A model generated the notes under the pieces. The model was not told the DNA's origin. It did no database searches and saw nothing but the letters and a program-made list of their open reading frames with translations. Of a DNA stretch of 64,000 nt, positions 1 to 10,475 are shown piece by piece. This DNA comes from an uncultured delta proteobacterium (GTDB lineage Bacteria; Myxococcota_A; Polyangia; Polyangiales; Houyiibacteriaceae). The stretch is from contig CAVOVB010000001.1 in the NCBI GenBank assembly GCA_963699755.1, positions 1,408,001 to 1,472,000 of the forward strand, read 5' to 3'. A program made the translations under genes and the position numbers. Position 1 is the first letter of the stretch, and each line of letters begins with the position of its first letter.

Positions 1-1
1 C

Positions 2-532
2 GATCGCTTGGCGATGACCTACAACCGCCTCGACTTCAACTACTCGCTCTACTCCTACGAGCGCTTCTGGCAGCGAGAGAACCCGACCGAGCTTGTGCCG
101 ATCGTGCCATTCCTGGGCACCGGCCTGGGCCTCGACGAAGTCCTCTCGCTCGATCGTGCGGCCGTCTACAGCCTCTGGTGGGACGATACGGCGCTCCTTC
201 TCGACCAGTACGATTCGAAAAGCAATCTCGGCTACTACCTTCCCTTCTACCGTACGACCAACAGCAGCCACTGCGTGACGATCCCGGGCTTCGAGGAGTT
301 CAGCTTGGCGGAGGCGGTGACTCTCTTCGCGACTGACTTCGGCACCCTCGCCTGGGCAGGCACCGAGATCGGCGACATGAACCTCTACGACTACGTGGAG
401 CACCTGCTCAACGACGAGGAGCCTCTCGAGAGCCATTTCGAAGAGACCCCCGAGGGTCGATACCGAACCTGTACGCCTGCGGAGTTTGATCCGGTAGCCT
501 GCGAGGCCGCGGTCAATAATCCGCCGGAATGA
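2..532 (+). CDS. Hypothetical protein, C-terminal part (5' end outside window); possibly a pectinacetylesterase-like hydrolase
   Basis: Frame is open from the window edge, with strong C/G-ending codon bias and a stop at 530-532. The 'NSSHCVTI' His-Cys motif is only weakly suggestive of family. Confidence 0.6.
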   Translation, partial: DRLAMTYNRLDFNYSLYSYERFWQRENPTELVPIVPFLGTGLGLDEVLSLDRAAVYSLWWDDTALLLDQYDSKSNLGYYLPFYRTTNSSHCVTIPGFEEFSLAEAVTLFATDFGTLAWAGTEIGDMNLYDYVEHLLNDEEPLESHFEETPEGRYRTCTPAEFDPVACEAAVNNPPE

Positions 533-535
533 ACC

Positions 536-568
536 TGGAATTGAAGGGAACCGTTCCCTTCAATTCCA
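536..568. terminator. Perfect 16-bp inverted repeat between convergent genes; probable bidirectional terminator hairpin
   Basis: TGGAATTGAAGGGAAC (536-551), C, GTTCCCTTCAATTCCA (553-568); overlaps the stop codon of the minus-strand epimerase. Confidence 0.6.
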
Positions 569-1471
569 CCTGAAGCCTTCCATCGTTTGCTTCGCGCTGT
601 AGCGGGGTTCGAAGCCCGTGGCTGCTACGAAGGCCCTGTTGTCGATGACGATGGGGTATTTCACATGAGCGATTGCGTCGTCAGGAAGGTAGGGGAAACC
701 GAAGCGGCCGAGGACGCTCGAGTAAAGCGGCTCGGGGATCGGCACCGCTCGCTTGCCGGTCGCTTCGCAGACGATGGACAAAGGGACCGGTGGAGGGCCG
801 GCGACGTTGAAGACACCTCGGAGCTGCCTCTCGACCGCCAAGGTGATTGCTTCTTCGGCGTCCCATTCGTGCATGAGTTGGTAGAGCGGATCGAAGCCTA
901 ACACCATGGGCACGCGGCTCTTCGAAAGGAAGCCGGCGAGGGTGCCGCCTCGGCTCGGACCAAGGAAGTAGCAAAGCCTCAGGACGGCCGTGTTGAGCTC
1001 GGGCCATCGCCAGAGCGCGCTTCCGGCGTACAGGTCTGCGGCCACCAGGTCGGCGAGCTCCTTGAAGGCCGCACCTGCAAGCGGAGGTTCATCCTCCGTA
1101 TGATACAGGGGCGAATCCGGGGTCGCACCGTAGACCGTGTGGCGGCCGACGAAGACCGCCTGCTTGACGCCGTACTCATGGCAGTATTCGAAGAGCTTTC
1201 GGGTGCCGCCGAGGTTGATCCGGTAGCGCTCCTCGGTGTCCGTCGTGAAATGGGTGACCGTGGCCATGTGAATGAGCGCGTCCGGTCGTGAGATTCGGAA
1301 CACGTCTTCGGCGGGGCGCTTGCGAATATCGGCTTGGTGCATTTCGACGCCCTCGGGCACGTCGGGCCAGGGACGCCGGTCGATGCCGATGACTTGGTGT
1401 CCGCGGCGGGTCAGGCGGTACGCAACGCCGCGCGCCAAGGTGCCGCTGATGCCCGTGATCAATATCTTCAT
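560..1471 (-). CDS. NAD-dependent epimerase/dehydratase (extended SDR family)
   Basis: N-terminal Rossmann motif [13 protein letters not shown], 'INLGGT', 'VYG', 'GVFNVAG'; start overlaps the upstream stop (ATGA). Confidence 0.85.
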   Translation of the reverse strand: MKILITGISGTLARGVAYRLTRRGHQVIGIDRRPWPDVPEGVEMHQADIRKRPAEDVFRISRPDALIHMATVTHFTTDTEERYRINLGGTRKLFEYCHEYGVKQAVFVGRHTVYGATPDSPLYHTEDEPPLAGAAFKELADLVAADLYAGSALWRWPELNTAVLRLCYFLGPSRGGTLAGFLSKSRVPMVLGFDPLYQLMHEWDAEEAITLAVERQLRGVFNVAGPPPVPLSIVCEATGKRAVPIPEPLYSSVLGRFGFPYLPDDAIAHVKYPIVIDNRAFVAATGFEPRYSAKQTMEGFRWN

Positions 1472-2316
1472 CGCCTGTGCTCCTGGTCGGGGTCCGGCAT
1501 GCGCTCGAACATGAACGCCCGCGGCCGTGCGTCGAGCCCCGTGCTAACCAGCCGTTCCATCGCCTGACGAACATCTTCGACGTATTGCTTAATGACGTCG
1601 TCAGGCTCCGAGCCATCTCCTTGGAAGTGCATCGGGGGCCCATAGTAGATCTGGCAAGCCACGGGCAGGGGGAAGAAAATGAGCTGCGGTGCCACCGGCA
1701 CAAATGGACCATTGACTAGCTTCGCGAGCCACTTGATGTGGAAAAGCTGAGGGAACGACTCTTCGCCTCCGATGAATGCGCAGGGGATGATGGGCGTGCC
1801 GGTCTTGAGCGCGAGCCGCATGAAGCCGGTCCCGAAGCGCACGAGCTTGTATCGGTCCTTGTAGAGCTTGCCGGCCCCGCGCGCGCCTTCGGGGAAGACG
1901 AGCACCAGGCGCTCGTCATTCAGCAGCTGCTCGCCGTGCTCGGGCAAGCCGGTGAGATGTCCGAGCTTTCGCAATGCCGGTCGTGCGAACGGTGAGCGCG
2001 TCAGGAAGTACTCCGCCATGCCTTGGCCGAGCCGCGGGGCCTCGTCGTTGAGTATCAGCGAGGTGAGAATCATCGCCGCGTCCGCCCCTAGGCCACCAGA
2101 GTGATTGGAGACGATGAGGGCTCGACCGGTGGCTGGAACGTTCTCGAGACCGAAGGCCGTCACTTTGAGGTAGTGGCGGTAGATGTAAGCCATCGGTGAG
2201 TAGGCGCGAATTAGCGCCTTCCGCGAGAGTCCAAAGCGATCGAACCCGTAGTCGTCGAATTCGATCGGGAGGCGGTCTACGTTCCGCCTGACTTGTGGAT
2301 CATCTAGAAGTGACAT
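1468..2316 (-). CDS. Lysophospholipid/glycerol acyltransferase (PlsC-like)
   Basis: 'NHSG...D' and 'VFPEG' motifs; start placed at ATG 2316 (track uses TTG 2337). Confidence 0.85.
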   Translation of the reverse strand: MSLLDDPQVRRNVDRLPIEFDDYGFDRFGLSRKALIRAYSPMAYIYRHYLKVTAFGLENVPATGRALIVSNHSGGLGADAAMILTSLILNDEAPRLGQGMAEYFLTRSPFARPALRKLGHLTGLPEHGEQLLNDERLVLVFPEGARGAGKLYKDRYKLVRFGTGFMRLALKTGTPIIPCAFIGGEESFPQLFHIKWLAKLVNGPFVPVAPQLIFFPLPVACQIYYGPPMHFQGDGSEPDDVIKQYVEDVRQAMERLVSTGLDARPRAFMFERMPDPDQEHRR

Positions 2317-2392
2317 AGTGCGAGCGTCCGGGGGCAATTAGCGAGTGGTGAAATAGCTCAACTTGGCGCCCGAAGCGACCAGCTCGGAATCA

Positions 2393-2656
2393 CTACGGGG
2401 TGGTCTTCCAGAGCGGGCGCTTGAAGCACCAGAGCGTCTCGTTCTTCTTGCCCGCCGAGGTGACGAGCTCCCAGCCCTGCTCGCCCATCTTGTTGGCGCG
2501 CTCCGTGACCTGGGCGACGCCTTCAGCCTCGAAGCACTGGTACTGCCACTGGGCCTTCTTGGGTGGGTTATCGGCCGCAGCCGGATTGGCCCCCGAGATG
2601 AAGGCGCCCGCGATGAACGCTCCAACTAGGCACACTGCAACGATGATGGTTCGCAT
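2393..2656 (-). CDS. Small exported protein, DUF4177-like
   Basis: AAGGAGG RBS 7 nt before ATG 2656; signal peptide; 'WQYQC...ANKMGEQGWELV...FKRP' pattern. Confidence 0.7.
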   Translation of the reverse strand: MRTIIVAVCLVGAFIAGAFISGANPAAADNPPKKAQWQYQCFEAEGVAQVTERANKMGEQGWELVTSAGKKNETLWCFKRPLWKTTP

Positions 2657-2714
2657 ATCCAAACCTCCTTAGGGCTTGGCTTATAACATGAGGGCTGCTG
2701 TCGGGACTGCGTTT

Positions 2715-3587
2715 TCAGCCGAGTATGTCCGTCACTCGGTGTACGTCGTCGGGGTCGGCGGTCGTGGGGACGAGCAGGACGTCATCGGCACCTGCATCGT
2801 TGGCTTGCTGAACGGCGTCCCTGAGTGCCTGGGGGCCGGTGGCTATGCAGATCTGCTTGACGTTCTCGCGTGCAACCGGCGCCATGAAGTTCAGATAGCG
2901 ATCCAAGTAGGCGTCGAGCTGCTCGCGGGCGTTCGGTCCGAGTGCGTACCAGAAGCCGGTGCCGAGCCACGGCGCAGGACGGTCTCGCTCTTTCCACGCG
3001 CGTCGCGCCGCTTCGAATTGGAGATTCATTTCGGCGGCCGATGGCCCGAAGCTGAATCCACAGAGGCCGTCAGCCCATTTCGAGGCGGCTTGGATCGACT
3101 CGACCATGAGTGAGCCCGCAAGAAGCTTGGGTCCGCCTTCTTGAACGGGGGCGGGGCCGACTGGGAGCGCGCCCTCGACGACCGGTTCGCCACGCCAGAC
3201 GCTGCGCATGGTTTCGACGCTGCGCGCGAGCCGGCTGAGCCGGTGTCCGAGCGGGGCATCGACCGATTGGTAGTCCTGCTCGCGCCCGCCCACGCCGAGT
3301 CCAGCAACAAAGCGGCCGCCTGACAATACGTCGATGGTGGCGAGCTGTTTGGCTAGCATGACCGGGTGGTGAAGCATTGGGACGAAGACACCGCTCACGA
3401 TTTTTACTCGCTCCGTCAGGGCGGCGGCGGCGGAGAGCGCGGCTGTCATGTCCGGGTTGTAAAAGGAGATGCGCTCGCCTGCTGCCAGGCTTGCGAAGAA
3501 GCCTGCATCGATGCGCTCGCACCATTTGAGGAAGGCGTCTCTGTCGAGGCCCGGTGCCATCACCGGAAGGTTCATGCCGATTTCCAT
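2715..3587 (-). CDS. LLM-class (luciferase-like) flavin-dependent oxidoreductase
   Basis: '[13 protein letters not shown]', '[27 protein letters not shown]' family signature; GAGGAG RBS. Confidence 0.9.
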   Translation of the reverse strand: MEIGMNLPVMAPGLDRDAFLKWCERIDAGFFASLAAGERISFYNPDMTAALSAAAALTERVKIVSGVFVPMLHHPVMLAKQLATIDVLSGGRFVAGLGVGGREQDYQSVDAPLGHRLSRLARSVETMRSVWRGEPVVEGALPVGPAPVQEGGPKLLAGSLMVESIQAASKWADGLCGFSFGPSAAEMNLQFEAARRAWKERDRPAPWLGTGFWYALGPNAREQLDAYLDRYLNFMAPVARENVKQICIATGPQALRDAVQQANDAGADDVLLVPTTADPDDVHRVTDILG

Positions 3588-3655
3588 GTGCTCCTCTCGT
3601 CGGTGTCGGGGGCTCGTTGCATCTCCCCAAAATGGCGTCTAGGACTGGGACCACC

Positions 3656-4705
3656 ATGCGCAATCCCAAGGACTTCTTCAAACCCATGGCCATCGGCGCA
3701 CCGGAACCCCCACGGGAAATCCCGTTCCGGCCGTCGCGGATGATCCACTTTTTCGACCCCAGCAATCCGAAGATGGCTGCCAAAGCGCCGAGCATCGCTG
3801 CCAAGTGCGATGTGCTTCTCGGGAACCTCGAGGACGCCATCTCGGCTGACAAGAAGACCGAGGCGCGCGAGGGCTTCATCGAGATCGCCAAGGAGAACGA
3901 CTTCGGCGACTGCCAGCTCTGGACCCGCGTCAACAGTCTCGACAGCCCCTGGTTCCTCGATGACATGTGGCAGATCGTCCAGGAAGTCGGCGACAAGGTC
4001 GATGTGATCATGGTGCCCAAGGTCGAGGGGCCCTGGGACATCCACTATGTCGATCGTTTGCTCGCCCAGCTCGAGGCGCGCGCCGGTGTGAGGAAGCCGA
4101 TTCTGGTTCACGCGATTCTCGAGACGGCCCTCGGGGTCGCGAACGTGGAGGAGATCTCCGGCGCCAGCCCGCGCATGCAGGGCTTGAGCCTCGGTCCTGC
4201 CGACCTGGCGGCATCGCGCCGAATGAAGACCACACGCGTGGGCGGGGGGCATCCTGGTTACCTAGTTCGTCAGGATCCAAATGCCGACGACCCCGAAGCC
4301 CCACGCGCAACCGCACAGCAGGATCTGTGGCACTACACGATCGCGCGCATGGTCGATGCCTGCGTCGCGAACGGCATCTTCGCATACTACGGGCCGTTCG
4401 GAGACATCCGCGACGTGGTCGCTTGCGAAGATCAGTTCCGGAACGCCTTCCTGCTCGGCTGCGTGGGCGCCTGGTCGCTTCACCCGGTACAGATCGAGAT
4501 CGCCAAAAAGGTGTTTAGCCCGCCGGTCGACGAGGTTCTCTGGGCCAAGAAGGTCATCGAAGAGATGGGCGATGGCACCGGCGCCGTGATGATCGACGGC
4601 AAGATGCAAGACGATGCGACCGTCAAGCAGTGCAAAGTGATGGTGGAGCTCGCGAGGATGCTCGCCGAAAAGGATGCCGACCTGAAGGCGGCCTACCAGT
4701 TCTGA
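3656..4705 (+). CDS. mcl: Malyl-CoA/beta-methylmalyl-CoA/citramalyl-CoA lyase, Chloroflexus type (CitE superfamily)
   Basis: '[12 protein letters not shown]', 'GNLEDAI', '[10 protein letters not shown]', '[20 protein letters not shown]', '[14 protein letters not shown]', '[10 protein letters not shown]' match my recollection of Chloroflexus Mcl; start at ATG 3656. Confidence 0.85.
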   Translation: MRNPKDFFKPMAIGAPEPPREIPFRPSRMIHFFDPSNPKMAAKAPSIAAKCDVLLGNLEDAISADKKTEAREGFIEIAKENDFGDCQLWTRVNSLDSPWFLDDMWQIVQEVGDKVDVIMVPKVEGPWDIHYVDRLLAQLEARAGVRKPILVHAILETALGVANVEEISGASPRMQGLSLGPADLAASRRMKTTRVGGGHPGYLVRQDPNADDPEAPRATAQQDLWHYTIARMVDACVANGIFAYYGPFGDIRDVVACEDQFRNAFLLGCVGAWSLHPVQIEIAKKVFSPPVDEVLWAKKVIEEMGDGTGAVMIDGKMQDDATVKQCKVMVELARMLAEKDADLKAAYQF

Positions 4706-4716
4706 GAGGTGTCACG

Positions 4717-5583
4717 ATGAGCACGAAGCATCGCCCCCGACGAAGTGTCTTGTACATGCCCGGCGCCAACGCCCGAGCTTTGGACAAGGCTCGCAACCTC
4801 CCGGCCGACTCTTTGATTCTCGATCTCGAGGATGCCGTATCGCCTGACATGAAGGCAAAGGCCCGCGATCAGGTCATCCGAGCGGTCGAGGCCGGCGGCT
4901 ATGGCAAACGCGAAGTCATGATCCGCACCAACGGTTTGAACACGCCTTGGGGCTACGACGATCTGGTCGCCGTCGCCAAGGTTGGCCCCGACGCCGTACT
5001 GCTTCCGAAAGTCGAGAGCGCCGAAACCGTGCGGCAGGCCGAGGCGGTCTTGCAGTCTCACGGCGCATCTCCCGACCTGGCGATCTGGTGCATGATGGAA
5101 ACCCCCCGCGCGATGTTGCATGCCGAGGAGATCGCAGATGCGAGCCCACGCCTCGGCGGCCTGGTGATGGGCACTTCGGACCTCGCCAAAGATCTTCAGG
5201 CGCAGCACACCGCGATGCGCCTCCCCCTCATCACGGCCTTGGGCCTTTGCCTGCTTGCCGCACGTGCGGCGCGGCTCGTGATTCTCGACGGGGTTTTTCT
5301 GGACTTGAACGACCAGGAAGGGTTCATCGACTCCTGCCGTCAGGGGGCGGAGCTCGGCTTTGATGGCAAGACGCTCATTCACCCAAAGCAGCTAGAGGCG
5401 GCCAACGAAGTGTTTGCGCCTTCCGAAGAGGAGCTCAGGCTGTCCCGGCGGATCATTGACACCTATGCCGAAGCCGAAGCGCAGGGCAAGGGCGTCGTCG
5501 TCGTGGATGGCAAGCTCATCGAGAAGCTGCACGTCGACCATGCCAAGCGCGTGGTCGCGCTTGCCGAGGCGATTGCGGGTTAG
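4717..5583 (+). CDS. CitE-family CoA ester lyase, similar to (3S)-malyl-CoA thioesterase Mcl2
   Basis: 'RSVLYMPG', 'ILDLEDAV', 'MMETP', 'LGLCLLAARA', 'GFDGKTLIHP', 'VDGKLIEKLH'; GAGG RBS before ATG 4717. Confidence 0.85.
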   Translation: MSTKHRPRRSVLYMPGANARALDKARNLPADSLILDLEDAVSPDMKAKARDQVIRAVEAGGYGKREVMIRTNGLNTPWGYDDLVAVAKVGPDAVLLPKVESAETVRQAEAVLQSHGASPDLAIWCMMETPRAMLHAEEIADASPRLGGLVMGTSDLAKDLQAQHTAMRLPLITALGLCLLAARAARLVILDGVFLDLNDQEGFIDSCRQGAELGFDGKTLIHPKQLEAANEVFAPSEEELRLSRRIIDTYAEAEAQGKGVVVVDGKLIEKLHVDHAKRVVALAEAIAG

Positions 5584-5681
5584 GCTCGCCGCGGCGCTCC
5601 ACATTGAAACTCGTTTTCATCGGGGGCCTCACCACAGGCTTGCGCAACGCAGACCAGAAGCGCTAGTCTCGCCCATCCATC

Positions 5682-6875
5682 ATGCGCTTTTACGAATTCG
5701 AAGCGAAGCAACTTCTCGAAAAGCACCGGATTCCACTGGTTGAGAGCAGAGTTGTGAAGACAGCCGATGAAGCAGCGAACGCTGCCTCGGAACTCGGTGG
5801 CCCCGTCATCTTGAAGGCCCAGGCTATCGCGCCCGGTCTCGCCGCGACATCGATGAGAGAGGTTTCCGATGCGGCCAGTGCAAAGGCAGCGGCAACCGAG
5901 CTCCTCGGAATCGATGACGGCGGGCGCAAACCCAAAGGCATTCTGGTCGAGGCCAGGCCAGCGGGCGAAGCTGTGTACAGTTTGAGCTTCACCTACGATG
6001 GGACCATGAAGCGTCCCGTGGTGGCGGCCGCCGACATGGCCGGCAAGATCGATGATCTCGGCGACAGTCACCCGGACCGCATCGTCCGCCGGCACTTCTC
6101 TGCGCTCTATCCGTTCTCCGACTACATTGGCAAAGAGCTCGCCAGGTCGCTCGGCCTCGGAGGCAACGATCTCAACCGAATGACACGCATCGTCGCGGGG
6201 CTCGCCCGACTGTTTCTCAAATACGACTTGGCGGATCTGGACATCACCTCGCTGGTGAAGCTCGGGGACGGGAGCTTCATCGTCCGTGACGTGGAGGCGG
6301 ATCTGGAGATCGAAGCCCGTCACCGGCAAAGACCGATGCTCGACGAGCTCGGCTTTGCGAAAGAAGACCTTCGGCAGGTCCGCGAGCCCACTGCGTTCGA
6401 GCTTGAGGGCGCGAAGATCGACGAGGAGGACGTCCGAGGCATCATCAGCCCGATCGCCGAGTTTGACGGCAACATCGGCCTGGTCATTGGTGCCGGCGGC
6501 GGCTCGCTGACCTTGACCGATGCGGTGCGCAAGCACGGCGGTCGCCCCGCCAACTACGCGGCGATCGGAGGCAACCCCAGCGTCGACAAGGCTCGCAGGC
6601 TCACCAAGCTGGTGCTGAGCAAGCCAGGAGTCGACAAGATTGCGGTGATGTCCAACGTCGTGTCCAACACACGTGCTGACCTCGTCGCGCGCGGAGTCAT
6701 CAAGGGCATCATCGAATTGGGGTTCGAGCCGGCAGAGAAGATCCTGATCTTTCGTGTTCCGGGCGCCTGGGAGGCCGACGCGGCCAAGATCCTGCAGAAG
6801 TACGGGATCGAGTACTGCGATCGCACGGTGTCGATCAGCGAAGCGGCGAGACGCGCCGTCGAGAAAGTCGGGTAG
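5682..6875 (+). CDS. ADP-forming acyl-CoA ligase beta subunit (SucC-like, divergent)
   Basis: 'MRFYEFEAKQLL', 'GGPVILKAQ', 'DGNIGLV', 'PANY..IGGNP'; paired with a SucD-like gene. Confidence 0.8.
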   Translation: MRFYEFEAKQLLEKHRIPLVESRVVKTADEAANAASELGGPVILKAQAIAPGLAATSMREVSDAASAKAAATELLGIDDGGRKPKGILVEARPAGEAVYSLSFTYDGTMKRPVVAAADMAGKIDDLGDSHPDRIVRRHFSALYPFSDYIGKELARSLGLGGNDLNRMTRIVAGLARLFLKYDLADLDITSLVKLGDGSFIVRDVEADLEIEARHRQRPMLDELGFAKEDLRQVREPTAFELEGAKIDEEDVRGIISPIAEFDGNIGLVIGAGGGSLTLTDAVRKHGGRPANYAAIGGNPSVDKARRLTKLVLSKPGVDKIAVMSNVVSNTRADLVARGVIKGIIELGFEPAEKILIFRVPGAWEADAAKILQKYGIEYCDRTVSISEAARRAVEKVG

Positions 6876-6886
6876 AGGGATAAGCC

Positions 6887-7786
6887 ATGGCCGTTATCGT
6901 TCATGCAGACTTTCAATTCATCGTCCAAGGAATCACCGGGCGTGAGGCATTGAACTTTACGAGGGAGTGCTTGCAGTACGGCTCGAAGATCATCGGCGGC
7001 GTCACACCCGGCAAGGGTGGGCGGGAGGTATACGGCGTTCCGGTTTACGACACGGTGCGCGAGATCACCGAGAAGCAACGAGTCGATGGGACCGTCATCA
7101 CGGTTCCGCTCGCCTTTGCGCCGGACGCTGCATACGAAGCGATCGATGCCGGGATCAAAGAGGTGATCATCATCACCGAGGGGATCCCGCGAAAAGACGC
7201 CTCCGCAGTCGTCGAGTTCGCGGAGCTCCGCGGCGCTCGGATCATCGGCCCAAACTGCCTCGGGATCATCGTGCCCGACGTCTGTCGTTTTGGAAGCCTC
7301 GGTGGCCCGGCTGTGGACTGCCGCAAGGCCTTCAAGCCTGGGGTCGTCGGCGTGATGTCGCGTTCCGGCGGCATGACCACCGAGATCTGCAACGCGCTGA
7401 CCCTCTCTGGGCTCGGGGTGAGCACGGCCATCTCGATCGGAGGCGACCCGGTGATCGGCTCGACTTATGCCGACCTGATTCCACTCTTCGAGGCCGACGA
7501 GGATACCAAGGCCGTCGTGGTCTACTCCGAGCCCGGCGGCACGGCCGAAGCCGAGCTGGCGCGTTGGACCCAGGAACACAGTAGCCGCCTTCCAATCGTG
7601 GCATTCGTGGCGGGACGATTCATGGACGAAATGCCAGGGATGAGCTTCGGCCACGCTGGAACGGTCGTGAACAAAAAGGTCGACTCCCCGGCCGACAAGA
7701 TGCGCCGCATGCGAGAAGCAGGAATCTCGGTGGCGGAAGAGATCGGCGACATTCCGGACCTCGTCCGAGAGCGTATTGGGAACTGA
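6887..7786 (+). CDS. ADP-forming acyl-CoA ligase alpha subunit (SucD-like)
   Basis: 'QGITG', 'GGVTPGKGG', 'ITEGIP', 'IGPNCLG', 'SRSGG', 'IGGDP', phospho-His loop 'FGHAG'. Confidence 0.9.
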   Translation: MAVIVHADFQFIVQGITGREALNFTRECLQYGSKIIGGVTPGKGGREVYGVPVYDTVREITEKQRVDGTVITVPLAFAPDAAYEAIDAGIKEVIIITEGIPRKDASAVVEFAELRGARIIGPNCLGIIVPDVCRFGSLGGPAVDCRKAFKPGVVGVMSRSGGMTTEICNALTLSGLGVSTAISIGGDPVIGSTYADLIPLFEADEDTKAVVVYSEPGGTAEAELARWTQEHSSRLPIVAFVAGRFMDEMPGMSFGHAGTVVNKKVDSPADKMRRMREAGISVAEEIGDIPDLVRERIGN

Positions 7787-7804
7787 GCAACAGAGGGACT
7801 GATC

Positions 7805-8026
7805 ATGGCCATGTTCATACGCGTAGATGTCGACAACAGCATCGTCGAGAAAACATCCGGCCTGGCCGACAAGCTCGTCGAAGTGTGCCCCGTCAAAATC
7901 TTCAAGCGCGGTTCCGGGCCGAACAGCGTCGAGGTCGTAGAAGCCAACGTAGACGAATGCACCCTCTGCGACCTATGCATGCAAGCCTCCCCCAAAGGGG
8001 TCCGCGTCGTAAAGCTCTACGAATAG
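7805..8026 (+). CDS. Ferredoxin, probably single [4Fe-4S] cluster
   Basis: 'VCP' plus 'CTLCDLC'; the second Cys-Pro is replaced by Ser-Pro; GAGGG RBS. Confidence 0.85.
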   Translation: MAMFIRVDVDNSIVEKTSGLADKLVEVCPVKIFKRGSGPNSVEVVEANVDECTLCDLCMQASPKGVRVVKLYE

Positions 8027-8280
8027 GGCACACGCTCCGACCGTGGAGTGGATCGGCGGGTCGGTACCTCTGCGTCCCCTTCATTTGCAGATCGTCGAGC
8101 AATGCGTCTACCACTCGCTTGAGCCCATGGCAGTCACCAGCCTGCTTCGACGCGCTCCTTATTGCGGTACCGAAGCGTCGTTTCCATGCAATTTGGGGTC
8201 TCCCGTCGCCGTGGGCTTGCACAAGCTCACTTTCGCGGTATCCGGCGCGTGGCAAATCGACGGATCGAACGAGCAGTAGA

Positions 8281-10368
8281 ATGAAAGATCTCAGTAAGTA
8301 CCGAAACATCGGCATCTTCGCGCATGTGGATGCCGGCAAGACGACGACCACGGAGCGCATCCTCAAGCTCACCGGTAAGATCCACAAGATCGGCGAGGTG
8401 CATGACGGCGCCGCAACCACCGATTTCATGGAGCAGGAGCAGGAGCGCGGCATTACGATTCAGTCCGCCGCAACGACTTGCTTCTGGAATGACCACCAGC
8501 TGAACATCATCGACACGCCGGGACACGTCGATTTCACGATCGAGGTCTATCGTTCACTCAAGGTGCTCGATGGCGGCATAGGCGTCTTCTGCGGCTCGGG
8601 CGGTGTCGAGCCTCAGTCCGAGACCAACTGGCGCTATGCGAACGACTCCAAGGTCGCGCGCCTGATTTTCGTCAACAAGCTCGACCGCTTGGGCGCAGAC
8701 TTTTACCGCGTCGTCGATCAAATCAAGAACGTCCTCGGCGCCAAGCCGCTGGTCATGGTGCTTCCCATCGGAACCGAAGGCGACTTCACCGGCGTCGTCG
8801 ATCTGCTCACCCGCAAGGCATATGTATGGGATGATTCAGGTCAGCCGGAGAGCTTCGAAGTTCAGGAAGTCCCCGAGGACATGAAGGAGCTGGTGGAGAA
8901 ATACCGCTTTGAGCTCATCGAAACCGCCGTCGAGCAAGACGACGAGGCGATGGAGCAGTATCTCGAGGGCAGTGAGCCCGACCTGAAGACGATCAAGAGG
9001 TGCATCCGAATAGGCACACGCGACCTCGAGTTCTTTCCCACGTATTGCGGTTCCGCATTCAAGAACAAGGGCATCCAGCAGGTGCTCGACGCGGTCGTCG
9101 ACTACTTGCCCGATCCGACTGAAGTTCCGCCTCAGCCCGAGATTGATCTCGAAGGGAACGAGACCGGAGAGTTCGCAATCGTCGACGCGAGCAAGCCTGT
9201 TCGCGCGCTTGCATTCAAGATCATGGAGGACCGCTTCGGCGCGCTTACCTTCACTCGCGTCTACTCGGGCACGATCAACAAGGGCGACACCCTGGTCAAC
9301 ACCTTCACCGGCAAGAGCGAGCGAATCGGCCGCATGGTCGAGATGCACGCCGATGACCGAACGATCGTGGATTCGGCGCAGGCCGGCGACATCGTCGCCC
9401 TGGTAGGCCTGAAGGACGTGCGCACCGGCCATACGCTCGCCGACCCGAAGAATCCGGCCACCCTCGAGCCGATGGTGTTCCCCGATCCCGTGATTTCGCT
9501 CGCAGTCAGCACCAAGGACAAGGCCAACAGCGAAAAGCTCAGCACGGCGCTGGGCAAGATGGTTGCCGAGGACCCGTCCTTCCATGTGGAGGTCGATCAG
9601 GAGTCTGGCGAGACCATTCTCAAGGGCATGGGTGAGCTTCATCTGGACATCAAGGTCGACATTCTTCGCCGTAGCCACGGGGTTGCTGTCGACGTTGGCG
9701 CGCCGCAGGTTGCCTACCGCGAGACCGTCACCAAGGCCATCACGGATAGCTACACCCACAAGAAGCAGACCGGCGGCTCCGGCCAGTTCGCGAAGATCGA
9801 ATACGGCATCGAGCCAGCCGAGCCGGGCGAAGGGTTCGTCTTCGAGTCCAACATCGTCGGCGGCAAGATCCCCAAGGAGTTCATTCCGGCCGTCGAGAAA
9901 GGCTTCAAGGTCATGATGGCGGAAGGGCCCCTGTGCGGGTTCCCCCTGCTCGACTGCAAAGTCACGCTCAACGACGGCGCGTTCCACGCGGTCGACTCCT
10001 CGCAGATGGCATTCGAGACGGCGGCAAGGGCGGCCTTCCGCCAGAGCATGCCCAAGGCCGGGCCGCAGCTCCTCGAGCCGATCATGAAAGTCGACGTCTT
10101 CGTTCCCGACGCGAACGTCGGTGATGTCATCGGCGATCTCAACCGCCGCCGCGGCATGGTCAACGCGCAGGAAAAGGGTCACACCAACGTTCGCATCAAG
10201 GCGGACGTGCCGCTGAGCGAGATGTTCGGCTACATCGGTGACCTTCGCTCCGCCACTTCAGGTCGCGGGCAGTTCTCGATGGAATTCAAGAACTACGCGC
10301 CCGTTCCGCGAAACATCCTCGAGAAGGTCCAGGCCGAGGTCGTCGAGCGCAACGCCAAGAAGAAGTAG
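8281..10368 (+). CDS. fusA: Elongation factor G (stand-alone copy)
   Basis: '[16 protein letters not shown]', 'ERGITI', 'DTPGHVDF', 'NKLD', 'GMGELHL', '[10 protein letters not shown]', 'HAVDSS'; start at ATG 8281. Confidence 0.97.
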   Translation: MKDLSKYRNIGIFAHVDAGKTTTTERILKLTGKIHKIGEVHDGAATTDFMEQEQERGITIQSAATTCFWNDHQLNIIDTPGHVDFTIEVYRSLKVLDGGIGVFCGSGGVEPQSETNWRYANDSKVARLIFVNKLDRLGADFYRVVDQIKNVLGAKPLVMVLPIGTEGDFTGVVDLLTRKAYVWDDSGQPESFEVQEVPEDMKELVEKYRFELIETAVEQDDEAMEQYLEGSEPDLKTIKRCIRIGTRDLEFFPTYCGSAFKNKGIQQVLDAVVDYLPDPTEVPPQPEIDLEGNETGEFAIVDASKPVRALAFKIMEDRFGALTFTRVYSGTINKGDTLVNTFTGKSERIGRMVEMHADDRTIVDSAQAGDIVALVGLKDVRTGHTLADPKNPATLEPMVFPDPVISLAVSTKDKANSEKLSTALGKMVAEDPSFHVEVDQESGETILKGMGELHLDIKVDILRRSHGVAVDVGAPQVAYRETVTKAITDSYTHKKQTGGSGQFAKIEYGIEPAEPGEGFVFESNIVGGKIPKEFIPAVEKGFKVMMAEGPLCGFPLLDCKVTLNDGAFHAVDSSQMAFETAARAAFRQSMPKAGPQLLEPIMKVDVFVPDANVGDVIGDLNRRRGMVNAQEKGHTNVRIKADVPLSEMFGYIGDLRSATSGRGQFSMEFKNYAPVPRNILEKVQAEVVERNAKKK

Positions 10369-10475
10369 CAAGGGCTCCACGTCAACCAGCTACCGAACCG
10401 AGGCCGCGGCCGCGCTCGCATCGGGCTCGCGGGTAGCGCCACACGCGCTCCGGCACCATATACCCAGAGCTTCTC

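Noticed and set aside
2345..2400. tRNA D-arm-like 'TAGCTCAACTTGG' in an intergenic gap
   Set aside because: No pairing anticodon stem, no TTC-containing T arm and no acceptor stem follow.
7885..8280. 132-aa N-terminal extension of EF-G in the ORF track
   Set aside because: It overlaps the ferredoxin gene and is compositionally random; EF-G motifs begin at ATG 8281.
8836..10182. Long antisense ORFs (e.g. 448 aa opposite fusA, 317 aa opposite mreB)
   Set aside because: Expected shadows of biased codon usage in GC-rich genes; no motifs of their own.
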